A stretch of 64,000 nt of DNA from Gemmatimonadota bacterium (GTDB lineage: Bacteria; Latescibacterota; UBA2968; UBA8231), in NCBI GenBank assembly GCA_038153405.1, contig JAYOYH010000005.1:32001-96000 (forward strand), read 5' to 3'. How positions within the stretch are numbered: position 1 is the first letter of the stretch; every line of letters starts with the position of its first letter. This document shows positions 19,601 to 29,542 of this stretch, piece by piece. A program made the translations under genes and the position numbers. The notes under the pieces are model-generated. The model was not told the origin of the DNA and did no database searches. It worked only from the letters and a program-made list of their open reading frames with translations.

Positions 19601-20155
19601 ATGTTTAGGCTGACAACGGCACCCGCGCTCTGCCTGCGCCTGCTCGATGGCCACGAGGCGCGGGCACTCTTTGCCCTCACGGAGAAAAACCGCTCCTACC
19701 TGCGGCGCTGGCTGCCCTGGCTCGACGCCAATACCAGCGCCGACGATACCCGGCGTTTTGTCGAGGGCACGCGCGAGCGCTACGCTAACCGCGAAGCGTT
19801 AGAAGCAGGTCTTTTTCACGCAGACATGCTCGTCGGCATGGTGGGATTTAACACGATCGATTGGTCGGCGCGCCGCGCAGAAATAGGCTATTGGCTCGAT
19901 GCCAACAGCCAGGGCCAAGGCCTGATTACGCGGGCCTGCAGCGCGCTGATTGAGCACGGCTTTGTCGCATATGATTTAAATCGCGTGGAGATACGATGTG
20001 CCACCGGCAACGCGCGCAGTCGCGCCGTGCCCGAGCGCTTGGGCTTTGTCTGCGAAGGCGTCATGCGCCAAGTCGAATGGCTGTACGACCACTTCGAGGA
20101 CCACGCCCTCTACGCGCTGCTGCGCCCCGACTGGCAAGTTCGGCAACCGACTTAG
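19601..20155 (+). CDS. GNAT N-acetyltransferase, RimJ/RimL family
   Basis: WLPW, AEIGYWL..QGQG, NRVEIRC..N.RSRAVPERLGF.EG. Confidence 0.9.
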   Translation: MFRLTTAPALCLRLLDGHEARALFALTEKNRSYLRRWLPWLDANTSADDTRRFVEGTRERYANREALEAGLFHADMLVGMVGFNTIDWSARRAEIGYWLDANSQGQGLITRACSALIEHGFVAYDLNRVEIRCATGNARSRAVPERLGFVCEGVMRQVEWLYDHFEDHALYALLRPDWQVRQPT

Positions 20156-20171
20156 CGGCGCCCCGATTGCG

Positions 20172-21122
20172 CTAGGCGGTCTCGATAAAGCGCAGCGCCC
20201 GCTCTTCCATCCAACACCTGCCGCCCGCCTGGGGAAAGCCGACGTGGCCGCCGCACTCAGGCATTTCCAGCAGCACTTGTTTTAGCGGTCGCACCGCGTC
20301 GCGCGGATAACACTTCTCCCCCAAAAACGTATCGTTGCGGGCATTGGCGATGAGCGCAGGCAAGCGAATAGCGCTCAAATAGCTCAAACAACTCGTAGCG
20401 CGCCAGTACTCTTCGGGCGATGCATAACCGTGAATTGGCGCCGTGTAGCGACCGTCAAATGCGTAGAGGTCGCGTAGCTGTTCAACACCCTCTGCATCGA
20501 TAAGCCCTGGTCGCACCGCGGCCTTATCGCGCACTTTGGCGTGTAGGCGGCGCATAAAGCGCTGCAGGTAGAGCCTGTTGCGCCAGCGATGAATGGCGCG
20601 TGCGCCGTCGACTAAGTCGCAGGGAACGGAAAAGGTCGCCGCCGCGCAGAGTTCGCTCGGCGCACCTGCACCGCACTCGCCCAAATACTTAAGAATCAGG
20701 TTGCCGCCGAGGCTGAAGCCAACTAGCGCGATGCGCTCGTAGCGCCCCGACGCACGCACATGCGCTATCACCGCTGCTATATCCTGCGTCAACCCGGCGT
20801 GATAGAAGCCGGCGGTGCGATTGGGTTCCCCGCTGCACGCGCGCATATTCCACGCCACCGCATCCCATCCAGCCGCATTGAACGCGCGCACCATCGCCAG
20901 CATATAGGGCCGGCGCGAGTGACCCTCCATTCCGTGCGCAACGACTACCAGTCGCCCACGGTCTACCGGCGACCAGTCGATATCGACAAAATCACCATCG
21001 TCTAACTCGACGCGCTCGCGCCTGTAGATGACCCCGTCAATGCGGCGCAGGTGCGGCGCAACAGTCTGCAGGTCTGCGCCGAGCAAATACCAGGGCGGTC
21101 GATAGGATGAGTTCATTATCAT
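20172..21122 (-). CDS. Alpha/beta hydrolase, YheT family
   Basis: HGMEG, GFSLGGN, D and GGHVGF catalytic motifs. Confidence 0.9.
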   Translation of the reverse strand: MIMNSSYRPPWYLLGADLQTVAPHLRRIDGVIYRRERVELDDGDFVDIDWSPVDRGRLVVVAHGMEGHSRRPYMLAMVRAFNAAGWDAVAWNMRACSGEPNRTAGFYHAGLTQDIAAVIAHVRASGRYERIALVGFSLGGNLILKYLGECGAGAPSELCAAATFSVPCDLVDGARAIHRWRNRLYLQRFMRRLHAKVRDKAAVRPGLIDAEGVEQLRDLYAFDGRYTAPIHGYASPEEYWRATSCLSYLSAIRLPALIANARNDTFLGEKCYPRDAVRPLKQVLLEMPECGGHVGFPQAGGRCWMEERALRFIETA

Positions 21123-21321
21123 CTGAACGCTAAAACCGTTTGCGATACGAGCATGATCCCCACGCCGGCAGGCAGTATACAGGGGGGACCACCTCTACCT
21201 AGTAAAAGGCGCCCTGCGCGCCGATCATATCCAGCCGTTTGATAGAATGGCCACGGGCTTGCCACCGCGCGCCATATAGATATATTCGCCCGAAAGTTCA
21301 AAGTAAAAAAATAACGAAAAT

Positions 21322-22221
21322 ATGATGCTCCGACTGCGCCGTATCTCAGCCTATTTATTGGCTACCCTAGTCGCCCTATTGCTCGTCTGTATGGCGATGG
21401 CCAGACCCGTCGATCCGCACCCATACTTCGCCGATGAACGCTTTCAAGTCATTGCTCATCGCGGCGGACGCGGCTTGATGCCGGAGAACACGCTGGAAGC
21501 CTTTCACCACGCCGACTCGCTCGGCGTCGACGTGCTGGAGATGGACATTCACGCCAGCGCCGACGGCCATCTCGTCGTCATACACGACGATTCCGTCGGC
21601 CGCACGACCAATGGGAGCGGCAAAGTAGACTCGCTGACGCTAGATCAACTGCAGGCGCTGGACGCAGCCTACAATTGGCAAAGCCCCGATGGCAGTTTTC
21701 CACATAGGGGAGGCCACGTGCGCATTCCACACCTCGAGGACGTCTTACGGCACTTTAGCCACAAACGCATGCTCATTGAAATAAAGCCCAATTCAGCCCA
21801 GGTTGCCCAGAAGCTATGCGCCACGCTAGCGCGCTTTTCCATGGATGAAAAGACCATCGTAGCCTCTTTCCATAGCGATGCACTCGACGCGTTTAGCCGC
21901 GCCTGTCCGCAGACCCCCGTATCGGCTACGAGTAGTCAAGTTGGCCTCTATGCCCTACTGCACCTGCTGCACCTAGACGGAGCCTATGTCAATCCACCCA
22001 TCGCCTTCCAGGTTCCCGAACGCATCGGCGCCCTGCGCCTAGTCGACGAGCGCTTTGTCGCCAGCGTGCACGAACGCGCGGCCCAGGTTCACGTGTGGAC
22101 CGTAAACAAACCCGACGCTATGCAACGCCTAATCGACCTCGGCGTAGACGGCATTATAACCGACTACCCAGACCGCCTCCTATCTCTCTTGAACCGAGCG
22201 CCCGAACACAGCACACCATGA
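21322..22221 (+). CDS. Glycerophosphodiester phosphodiesterase
   Basis: IAHRGG..PENT, LEMDIH, HD, VHVWTVN, GVDGIITDYPD; N-terminal TM. Confidence 0.93.
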   Translation: MMLRLRRISAYLLATLVALLLVCMAMARPVDPHPYFADERFQVIAHRGGRGLMPENTLEAFHHADSLGVDVLEMDIHASADGHLVVIHDDSVGRTTNGSGKVDSLTLDQLQALDAAYNWQSPDGSFPHRGGHVRIPHLEDVLRHFSHKRMLIEIKPNSAQVAQKLCATLARFSMDEKTIVASFHSDALDAFSRACPQTPVSATSSQVGLYALLHLLHLDGAYVNPPIAFQVPERIGALRLVDERFVASVHERAAQVHVWTVNKPDAMQRLIDLGVDGIITDYPDRLLSLLNRAPEHSTP

Positions 22222-22922
22222 GCGAACCTATCGCATTAGAAGCCGAGCACCTGACCAAGACCTACGCCAGCGGCGAGCGCATCCTGACCGTGCTCGACGA
22301 CGTTAGCTTTGCCATACAGCACGGCACCACCAGTGCAATTGTAGGTCCTTCGGGCAGCGGTAAGACCACTCTACTCGGTCTGTGTGCCGGCCTCGACCGC
22401 GCTTCATCTGGCAGCGTGCGGCTCGACGGCGTCGCGTTGGAAGACCTCGACGAGGATCAGCGCGCGCGTCTGCGCAACGAACGCGTCGGCTTTGTCTTTC
22501 AAAATTTCCAGCTCGTGCCCACCCTCAGCGCACTTGAAAATGCCATGGTGCCGCTGGAACTACGCGGTCGCAAGGACGCCCGCGAACGGGCGGCACACTG
22601 GCTCGAACGCGTCGGCTTAGGCGACCGCTTAGATCACTATCCGACACAGCTATCGGGCGGCGAGCAGCAGCGCGTCGCCCTGGCGCGCGCATTTATCAAC
22701 TCGCCGCGCGTGCTCTTTGCCGACGAGCCCACCGGCAACCTCGACGGCGATACCAGCGACCAGGTGCAGGAGTTGCTGTTTGCGCTCAACCGCGAAGAGG
22801 ACACGACGCTGGTATTGGTAACCCACGATCTCGAACTAGCCCAGCGCACCCAGCGCATTATCCGCCTCCGCAGCGGTGCTATCTTTTCCGATTCAAACCG
22901 CGAAGACGGGGCCGACGCATAG
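22218..22922 (+). CDS. ABC transporter ATP-binding protein (YbbA/LolD-like)
   Basis: GPSGSGKT, LSGGEQQR, FADEPTGNLD, VTHD; ATG at 22218 overlapping upstream stop. Confidence 0.93.
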   Translation: MSEPIALEAEHLTKTYASGERILTVLDDVSFAIQHGTTSAIVGPSGSGKTTLLGLCAGLDRASSGSVRLDGVALEDLDEDQRARLRNERVGFVFQNFQLVPTLSALENAMVPLELRGRKDARERAAHWLERVGLGDRLDHYPTQLSGGEQQRVALARAFINSPRVLFADEPTGNLDGDTSDQVQELLFALNREEDTTLVLVTHDLELAQRTQRIIRLRSGAIFSDSNREDGADA

Positions 22923-25444
22923 TGAACTGGGTTATGCGCATGGCCTGGCGCGACAGCCGCCGTCACCGACGCCGCCTCGCGCTCTACACAGCCGCCATAG
23001 CCGTCGGCATAGCCGCGCTGGTTTCGCTGCGCAGTCTGGCCAGTAGCCTACAGGGCGAGGTCGACCTACAGGCCAGCGCCCTGCTGGGCGCCGATATGGA
23101 AATTGAGAGCAACCAGCCCTTTTCCGACGCACTGCAGGCCAGCATCGACTCGCTCGGCGGCCAACGCGCCAACCAGGTGCAGTTTACTTCGATGATTTTC
23201 CTGCCGCGCGGCGACCACGCCCGCCTGGCCCAAATCCGCGCGTTGGAGGGGATGTTCCCGTTTTACGGACAGCTGCAAACCGATCCGCCCGAAGCGGCCG
23301 AGCGGTTTCGCCAACCGGGCGCACGCGCATTGGTCGATGACAATATCATGCTGCAATTCGACGCGCAGATTGGCGATTCCATCAAAGTCGGCAACGCTCT
23401 CTTTCGCATTGAGGGTCGTCTGCTCAAAATTCCCGGCGAAACCTCGCTGCGCAGCGACATTCAGCCGCGCGTCTACCTGCCGATGGACCACCTTGATCGC
23501 ACCCACCTCATTCAGCGCGGCAGCCGCGTCGAGTATGCTACCTTTCTCCAATTTCCCGATGGAAGCGATCCAGAGGCGCTTAAAAAACAGCTGCGCGATG
23601 CCTATGACCAAGGGCGCGACGACATCGACATCGACACCGTCGAAGATCGCAAGCGCCAGATCGGCCGCTCGCTGGGCAATCTCTATCGCTTTCTCAACTT
23701 AGGCGCTTTTATCGCTCTGATACTCGGCGCCGTCGGCGTGGCCAGCGCCGTGCACGCCTATGCCTCGCAAAAACTCGATACGGTTGCCATTTTGCGCAGT
23801 CTTGGTGCATCGGCCAACCAGACCTTCGCCATTTACCTGCTGCAGACCGGTGCCATGGGCTTGTTGGGTTCGCTCGGCGGAGCGCTGCTGGGCGCGGCGG
23901 CCTTGCAGTTACTGCCCGTGCTCTTGCGCGATGTGCTGCCGCTCGAGGTGCACCCAACCCCTGCCCTATTGCCCGTGCTGCAGGGCACGCTCGTCGGCCT
24001 AGGGCTGGCACTGCTATTTGGCGCGCGCCCGCTTCTTGCCGTGCGCCAAACGCCGCCGCTGCGCGCGCTGCGCGCTGCCTATGAAGAGAGCGCCGATGGC
24101 GATGGCCGTCTGTTTCGCATCGCCGCCAATATCCTGCTCGTCGGTGGGGCATTGCTCTTTGCCCTGCATCTGACCGGACGCACCGATTACGCCCTCGGCT
24201 TTACCGCAGGCACTGCCCTAGCTTTTGTACTGCTGGCGGCCGTTGCTCGCCTACTAACCTGGGGAGCTCGGCGCTTTTTCCCAACGAGTTGGAGCTACGA
24301 GTGGCGCCAGGGTATGGCCAACCTCTTTCGTCCACACAATCAAACGCTCATGCTGCTGCTGGGACTGGGACTGGGCACCTTTCTCATGTCGACGCTCTAT
24401 CTGGCGCAGAGCGCGTTGGTAGCGCAAATCGAAGGCGTCGGCGGCGGCGACCGCCCCAACGCCGTGCTCTTCGACGTGCAAACGGATCAAGTCGATGGAT
24501 TGAAGTCAATTTTTGACGAGCTGGAACTCCCCGTTATTCAGCACGTGCCGATCGTTACCATGCGCATGTACAGCGTTAAAGGCGTTCCGGTCGATGAACT
24601 GCGCCAAGAGAGCCGGCGCGGCTCATGGGCTCTCACGCGCGAGTACCGATGCACCTACCGCGACACGCTCAACACCAGCGAAACGCTGGTCGATGGCCAG
24701 TGGCGCGGCAGCGTTGTGGGCGATACGACCTTTATCTCGCTTGAGCGCGGCATCGCCGACAATCTCGGTGTTACAATCGGCGACTCACTCGTATTCGACG
24801 TGCAGGGCGTCCTAATGCCCGTCGTCGTTGGCAGTCTGCGCGAAGTCGATTGGCAGCGCGTCATGCCCAACTTTCTCGCACTCTTTCCCACCGGCGCGCT
24901 CGAAATGGCCCCGCAGTTTCACGTGCTGGTCACGCGTTTTGCAACGCCTCAACAGCTAGCTCAACTGCAGCGCAGGAGTATCGCGCGCTTTCCCAATGTT
25001 TCCATCATCGATCTCGACTTAATTCTATCCACGGTCGATACCATTCTCGGTAAAGTATCCTTTGTCGTGCAGTTCCTCGCCCTCTTCAGCATTGCTACGG
25101 GTCTGCTCGTGCTGGTCGGAATCGTCGCCGGCAGCCGCTACCAGCGCGTCCGCGAAAGCGTCTTGCTGCGCACGCTGGGTGCTAGCCGCAAGCAGGTTGG
25201 ACGCATTATGGCCATGGAGTACGTGTTCTTGGGGGGATTTGCTGCGCTGACCGGGCTGACGCTGTCCATCGGTTCGTCGTGGGCCCTGACCTTCTTTGTC
25301 TTTGAAGTGCCCTTCCAACCCTCGATTGCACCGCTCTTTATCGCCCTGCCAGCCATCTGCCTGCTGACGGTTGCCGTCGGTCAACTATCCGGCCGCGGCA
25401 TCAGCGATAGTCCGCCGCTGGAAGTGCTGCGCACCATCGGCTAA
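22922..25444 (+). CDS. ABC transporter permease, YbbP/FtsX-like (duplicated)
   Basis: MAWRDSRR start, two FtsX-like halves (LRSLGAS, LRTLGAS), FPFYG, DVQG, VDW. Confidence 0.9.
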   Translation: MNWVMRMAWRDSRRHRRRLALYTAAIAVGIAALVSLRSLASSLQGEVDLQASALLGADMEIESNQPFSDALQASIDSLGGQRANQVQFTSMIFLPRGDHARLAQIRALEGMFPFYGQLQTDPPEAAERFRQPGARALVDDNIMLQFDAQIGDSIKVGNALFRIEGRLLKIPGETSLRSDIQPRVYLPMDHLDRTHLIQRGSRVEYATFLQFPDGSDPEALKKQLRDAYDQGRDDIDIDTVEDRKRQIGRSLGNLYRFLNLGAFIALILGAVGVASAVHAYASQKLDTVAILRSLGASANQTFAIYLLQTGAMGLLGSLGGALLGAAALQLLPVLLRDVLPLEVHPTPALLPVLQGTLVGLGLALLFGARPLLAVRQTPPLRALRAAYEESADGDGRLFRIAANILLVGGALLFALHLTGRTDYALGFTAGTALAFVLLAAVARLLTWGARRFFPTSWSYEWRQGMANLFRPHNQTLMLLLGLGLGTFLMSTLYLAQSALVAQIEGVGGGDRPNAVLFDVQTDQVDGLKSIFDELELPVIQHVPIVTMRMYSVKGVPVDELRQESRRGSWALTREYRCTYRDTLNTSETLVDGQWRGSVVGDTTFISLERGIADNLGVTIGDSLVFDVQGVLMPVVVGSLREVDWQRVMPNFLALFPTGALEMAPQFHVLVTRFATPQQLAQLQRRSIARFPNVSIIDLDLILSTVDTILGKVSFVVQFLALFSIATGLLVLVGIVAGSRYQRVRESVLLRTLGASRKQVGRIMAMEYVFLGGFAALTGLTLSIGSSWALTFFVFEVPFQPSIAPLFIALPAICLLTVAVGQLSGRGISDSPPLEVLRTIG

Positions 25445-25450
25445 CGCCGC

Positions 25451-26188
25451 TTACTGCGGTGCCGTCTCCGCCGGCTTAGCATCTTCGGCATGACCCAAGC
25501 GCGCAGCCGCCAGCGGCCCGACGATGTTCCACACCGTTTCGGCGACCACTTCATGGCCTGCCGCCGTTGGATGGTTGCCGCGAAACAGGCGTTCCTCATC
25601 GGGCACTAGCACCACGCCTTCGAGCAGAAAAGGCACCAGCGCCGCGTTGTTTTTCTCCGCCAGTTGTGGAAAGAGCGCACGAAACTGCGCCGTGTAGTCC
25701 GTGCCCATATTGGGCGGCATCTGCATGCCAACGACGACCAGCGCCGCGTCCGGATACTTGGTTTTGACCTTGTCTATAATGCCCTGCAAATTCGCGTGCG
25801 TCGTCGCCAACTCAATGCCGCGCAGCGCGTCGTTTGAGCCCAATTCGAGAACAAACACATCGACCGGTCGCTGCAGCACCCAGTCGATGCGGCGCAGTCC
25901 ACCGGCGGAAGTCTCGCCGCTCAATCCCGCATTCACCGCCTCATAGGGCCAGCCGAGCGAGTCAAAGCGCGTCTGAATTAGCGCCGGGAAAGCCTGGTCG
26001 CGATCGACGCCGTAGCCGGCTGTCAGACTATCCCCATAAAACATAATCACCCGGCGCGCGCTGTCGGCGCGCGCGTCCTCTTCTGCGTAGACCTGCATTG
26101 CAACACCAATTAACAGCGCAATCGACGACATCAGATGCACAACTCTTCTCCCGTTTTGTTCATACGACGACGGCCAACCGGCCGTCAC
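25451..26188 (-). CDS. SGNH/GDSL arylesterase (TesA-like)
   Basis: FYGDSL, NAGLSGETSAGG, ELGSND, PPNMG, HP; start uncertain. Confidence 0.88.
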   Translation of the reverse strand: MTAGWPSSYEQNGRRVVHLMSSIALLIGVAMQVYAEEDARADSARRVIMFYGDSLTAGYGVDRDQAFPALIQTRFDSLGWPYEAVNAGLSGETSAGGLRRIDWVLQRPVDVFVLELGSNDALRGIELATTHANLQGIIDKVKTKYPDAALVVVGMQMPPNMGTDYTAQFRALFPQLAEKNNAALVPFLLEGVVLVPDEERLFRGNHPTAAGHEVVAETVWNIVGPLAAARLGHAEDAKPAETAPQ

Positions 26189-26189
26189 T

Positions 26190-27059
26190 TCACCCTTTCA
26201 GGGCACCTACCGTGATGCCCTTAGTCAAATATTGCTGCAGAAAGGCGTAGACCATCATCGTCGGTGCCATAATCAATACCAAGCCGGCAAAAGCCATGCC
26301 CCAATCGCTGCGATACTGACTGACAATGGTGATATTGGCCAACCCAAGCGGTAGCGTGCGCAGGTGCTGGGCGCCTTCACCCGAGAGAAACATAAACGCC
26401 ATAAAAAACTCGTTCCACGTGCTCAGAAACGAGAAGATGCCAACCGTTATCAAACCCGGACGAGCCAGTGGCAACATAATCTGCCAAAAGGCGCCAAACT
26501 CTCCAGCGCCGTCGATAAGCGCCGATTCGTGCAGACTAGAAGGCAGCGATTTGAAAAAACCGGTGAGTATAAATATGGCAAAGGGCATGCCGAAAGCTAC
26601 GTATACGACGAGCATACCCCAGCGCGAGTTAAGTAAACCGTAGTCTTTCATCTGAAAGAATAGCGGCACGATGGCAAGCTGCAGGGGCACCATCAATCCA
26701 GCTAGGAAGTAGAAGAAAAGCGGACGCACGCCGGGAAAAGTAAAACGCGCCAGCGCATAGGCGGCCATCGCCGCGAGCAGCAGAGAACACAGCACGGTAG
26801 CTACAGTCAGCAGCACGCTATTAAAGAAGTAATCCCCGAAAAATCCCTTGGTCCAGGCGTTGCTGAAATTGATCCACTGCAGATTGTCCAACGCCGGCAG
26901 GCTAAACGGATCGAGAAAAATCTCGCGATCCGTCTTTAACGAAGTATAGAGCAGCCACAGCATTGGATAGAGAACGATCACCAAGTACGTGCACAATGCC
27001 AGATATACAAAGGGTTTGAGCACCGATTCTAAGCGGCCTTCGCGCAGCGTTTCGCTCAT
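26190..27059 (-). CDS. Carbohydrate ABC transporter permease (MalG-like)
   Basis: AAYALAR, ESALIDGA (EAA loop), WNEF, C-terminal GALKG. Confidence 0.93.
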   Translation of the reverse strand: MSETLREGRLESVLKPFVYLALCTYLVIVLYPMLWLLYTSLKTDREIFLDPFSLPALDNLQWINFSNAWTKGFFGDYFFNSVLLTVATVLCSLLLAAMAAYALARFTFPGVRPLFFYFLAGLMVPLQLAIVPLFFQMKDYGLLNSRWGMLVVYVAFGMPFAIFILTGFFKSLPSSLHESALIDGAGEFGAFWQIMLPLARPGLITVGIFSFLSTWNEFFMAFMFLSGEGAQHLRTLPLGLANITIVSQYRSDWGMAFAGLVLIMAPTMMVYAFLQQYLTKGITVGALKG

Positions 27060-27066
27060 AGCGCCC

Positions 27067-29364
27067 TCAGAACTCCACCGTTTCTCGCTTCATCGCACGC
27101 AGCGTCGCCGTCGTGCCAAAGAAGACCATTAGAAAGAGCAGCACGGCAATCGCCGTAGCCTCGCCAACCTTGAATTCGCCAAACATCGCCTGCACCATGC
27201 GCGTGCCGATAACGTGGTTGTCCGTCGTCGGCGCCTGATTGGTCAGCAACCATATCACCTCAAATGCTTTCATGCCGCCAATGATCATAAAGACGATAGA
27301 GATCGACAACACTTCCCAAATCAGCGGCAGTGTAATCGACCAAAACTGGCGCCATGCCGATGCGCCATCGATATCGGCGGCCTCGTAGAGGCTCTGCGGA
27401 ATGCTCTCCATAGCAGCTAAAAATAGAATCATATTAAAGCCGGCTGCGCCCCAGATGGCCATCGGCACCAGCGCCCAGTAGAGGTTGTCCTGCGCTAGCC
27501 AGGCATAGCCTTCAAAGCCGCCAAGCCCCAAAGCGACCAGCACCGTATTAATCGGTCCGCCCTGCGGGTTGTAGAGGTGCATCCACAGCAGCGTCGCCGC
27601 CACGCCGCCGAGAATATTGGGAAAAAAGAACGCGATGCGAAACAGCTGCGCCCCCCGCACCTGGCGGCTGATGCACACGGCGAGAAACAGAGCCAGCGGC
27701 AGCACGCAGGCCGGTATCACAAACATGATAAACAGGTTGTTGCTCAGCGCGATCCAAAACTCGTCGCTTTCCAAGAGCAGGCGCTCAAAGTGCAGCAGGC
27801 CGACAAAAGTCATCTCCGTCAGGCCATCCCATCGCACGGTGCTCCAGGCAAAGGACTTTATGCTCGGCACAATGACGAAGAGAGTGTAAAATGCAGCGGC
27901 CGGACCGACGAAGAACAGCACCCACAGCCAAGATAAGCGCACGCGGCCGCTGGGATGGGTCACCATTCCGCCGCGGCGCTGCCGCCACTGGCGCGCGGTA
28001 GTATACAGCCAATAGCTCATCGCCAGTGCCAACAGGCCCAGCAGGAGCATCGGCTTCCACACGTGGCGCACAGTAATGCGGTCCGGATCGGCGGCCCGGT
28101 TGCGCACAACGGCGGCGGACGACTCCAACTCGGCAGCACCCTCCTGCGGCGTCATCTGCCCATTGATAATCTTGAAGCGCACGTCGTTGAGAAACTGGTC
28201 CATCTCGGGGAAGCCCTCGCCTGGCGCCGACCCGTAGGTGGTCGTTGCGCGCTGCGCCAGCGACACCAAGTCGCTCAGGTCCTCGCTCAAACGCCCTTGC
28301 ATGGATCCGTCAACGGCGACCAGCACATCGCGCATTTCGGCAAAGGTGCCGGCCATTTCGCGCGATGTCATAAAGCGCATAAAGTCGACGCCCACCTCGG
28401 GATGGGCACTGTTCTTCAAGATGAAAAAATAACCCGACGACGTGTAGATGGCGTCGGCGCTGGCATCGGCCGCTCTGTTTTCCACCGTGGGCAAGTTAAA
28501 GGCGCCGAGGCGAAAGCCGTCAGGGACCTTGCCCATCATTTCACTTTTTAGCCAGGAACCGCAAAACACCATAGCGGCGCGGCCTAAGAAAAACTCCAGC
28601 TGGGCCTCGGTGTGGCTCATGCCCAAGGCACCGGGCTGGAAATAGTCGCGCGCCGTGTGCTGCACCAACCCCAGCGCCTCGACAAACTCGGCGTTGTCAA
28701 AGCTGCCCGGCACCAAATCTTTCTGCTCGTAGTAGCGCTGGCGACCGGCCAGATGGTAGTAGGCGTCGTCTAGTACACCGGCGATATAGCCGGGATAGCG
28801 CCCTTGAAAAGCCAGCGGCCAAATACCGGCATCTTTGATCTGCTGACACAGGGCGTGGAACTCGGCCCAGGTGCGCGGAATATCCCAGCCGTGCTCCTCG
28901 AACAAATTCTTATTATACCAAACGGCGTAAAGCGAGTAGAGCAGCGGGATACCGTAGACCTTGCCATCCTGTGTATAGCGATCGAGGCTCCCCGGCAAAA
29001 ACGATTCGCGCCAGCTGCGATCGCCCTCCCAGTTGGGCCCATCCAGATAGGCGTCCAGCGGCAACACTTCGCCGTTGCGAATGAGCGCCCACCAGTTGAG
29101 GCCAGCATTGCTCACTTCGGGGAACGTGCCCTCGAGAATGCGCACCCGCACTTTGTCGACGATGCGCGGATCGCCGTACAGGTCAACGGCCACATCGGGG
29201 CGCACTGCTTCGTACTGGCGCGCCGTAAGAAAGAAAAAATCGAGACCGGCTCCTCCTTCAAAAAGCGGAACCTCTATGCGCGTGGGGCGAGTTTCCCGTG
29301 TATCTGCAGCGGTGGAATGTACTCCCAATAAGGCCACCCAAAAGCACAGGACTACAAACTTCAC
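27067..29364 (-). CDS. Fused extracellular solute-binding protein + carbohydrate ABC permease (MalF-like)
   Basis: Signal-like N-terminus, SBP family-1 motifs (YGIP, YNKNLF, PRTWAEF), then TM domain with YEAADIDGA; GTG start after AAGGA RBS. Confidence 0.88.
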   Translation of the reverse strand: MKFVVLCFWVALLGVHSTAADTRETRPTRIEVPLFEGGAGLDFFFLTARQYEAVRPDVAVDLYGDPRIVDKVRVRILEGTFPEVSNAGLNWWALIRNGEVLPLDAYLDGPNWEGDRSWRESFLPGSLDRYTQDGKVYGIPLLYSLYAVWYNKNLFEEHGWDIPRTWAEFHALCQQIKDAGIWPLAFQGRYPGYIAGVLDDAYYHLAGRQRYYEQKDLVPGSFDNAEFVEALGLVQHTARDYFQPGALGMSHTEAQLEFFLGRAAMVFCGSWLKSEMMGKVPDGFRLGAFNLPTVENRAADASADAIYTSSGYFFILKNSAHPEVGVDFMRFMTSREMAGTFAEMRDVLVAVDGSMQGRLSEDLSDLVSLAQRATTTYGSAPGEGFPEMDQFLNDVRFKIINGQMTPQEGAAELESSAAVVRNRAADPDRITVRHVWKPMLLLGLLALAMSYWLYTTARQWRQRRGGMVTHPSGRVRLSWLWVLFFVGPAAAFYTLFVIVPSIKSFAWSTVRWDGLTEMTFVGLLHFERLLLESDEFWIALSNNLFIMFVIPACVLPLALFLAVCISRQVRGAQLFRIAFFFPNILGGVAATLLWMHLYNPQGGPINTVLVALGLGGFEGYAWLAQDNLYWALVPMAIWGAAGFNMILFLAAMESIPQSLYEAADIDGASAWRQFWSITLPLIWEVLSISIVFMIIGGMKAFEVIWLLTNQAPTTDNHVIGTRMVQAMFGEFKVGEATAIAVLLFLMVFFGTTATLRAMKRETVEF

Positions 29365-29424
29365 ACATATTCCTTTCGCCAACGAATAACGATCGACAAC
29401 CAAAACATACCGCGATGAGCACTC

Positions 29425-29483
29425 CACCGCCAATAGAATGGGGAGAAAACCCAATGTATTTTCTCCCCATTCTATTGGCGGTG
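29425..29483. repeat. Perfect 25-bp inverted repeat with 9-nt loop
   Basis: CACCGCCAATAGAATGGGGAGAAAA (29425-29449) and its exact reverse complement (29459-29483). Confidence 0.95.
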
Positions 29484-29542
29484 AATAAAGCGCGACCTAC
29501 ACCGATAGAAACCAGTAGACTAGACCGATGCGGCAACCTGTA

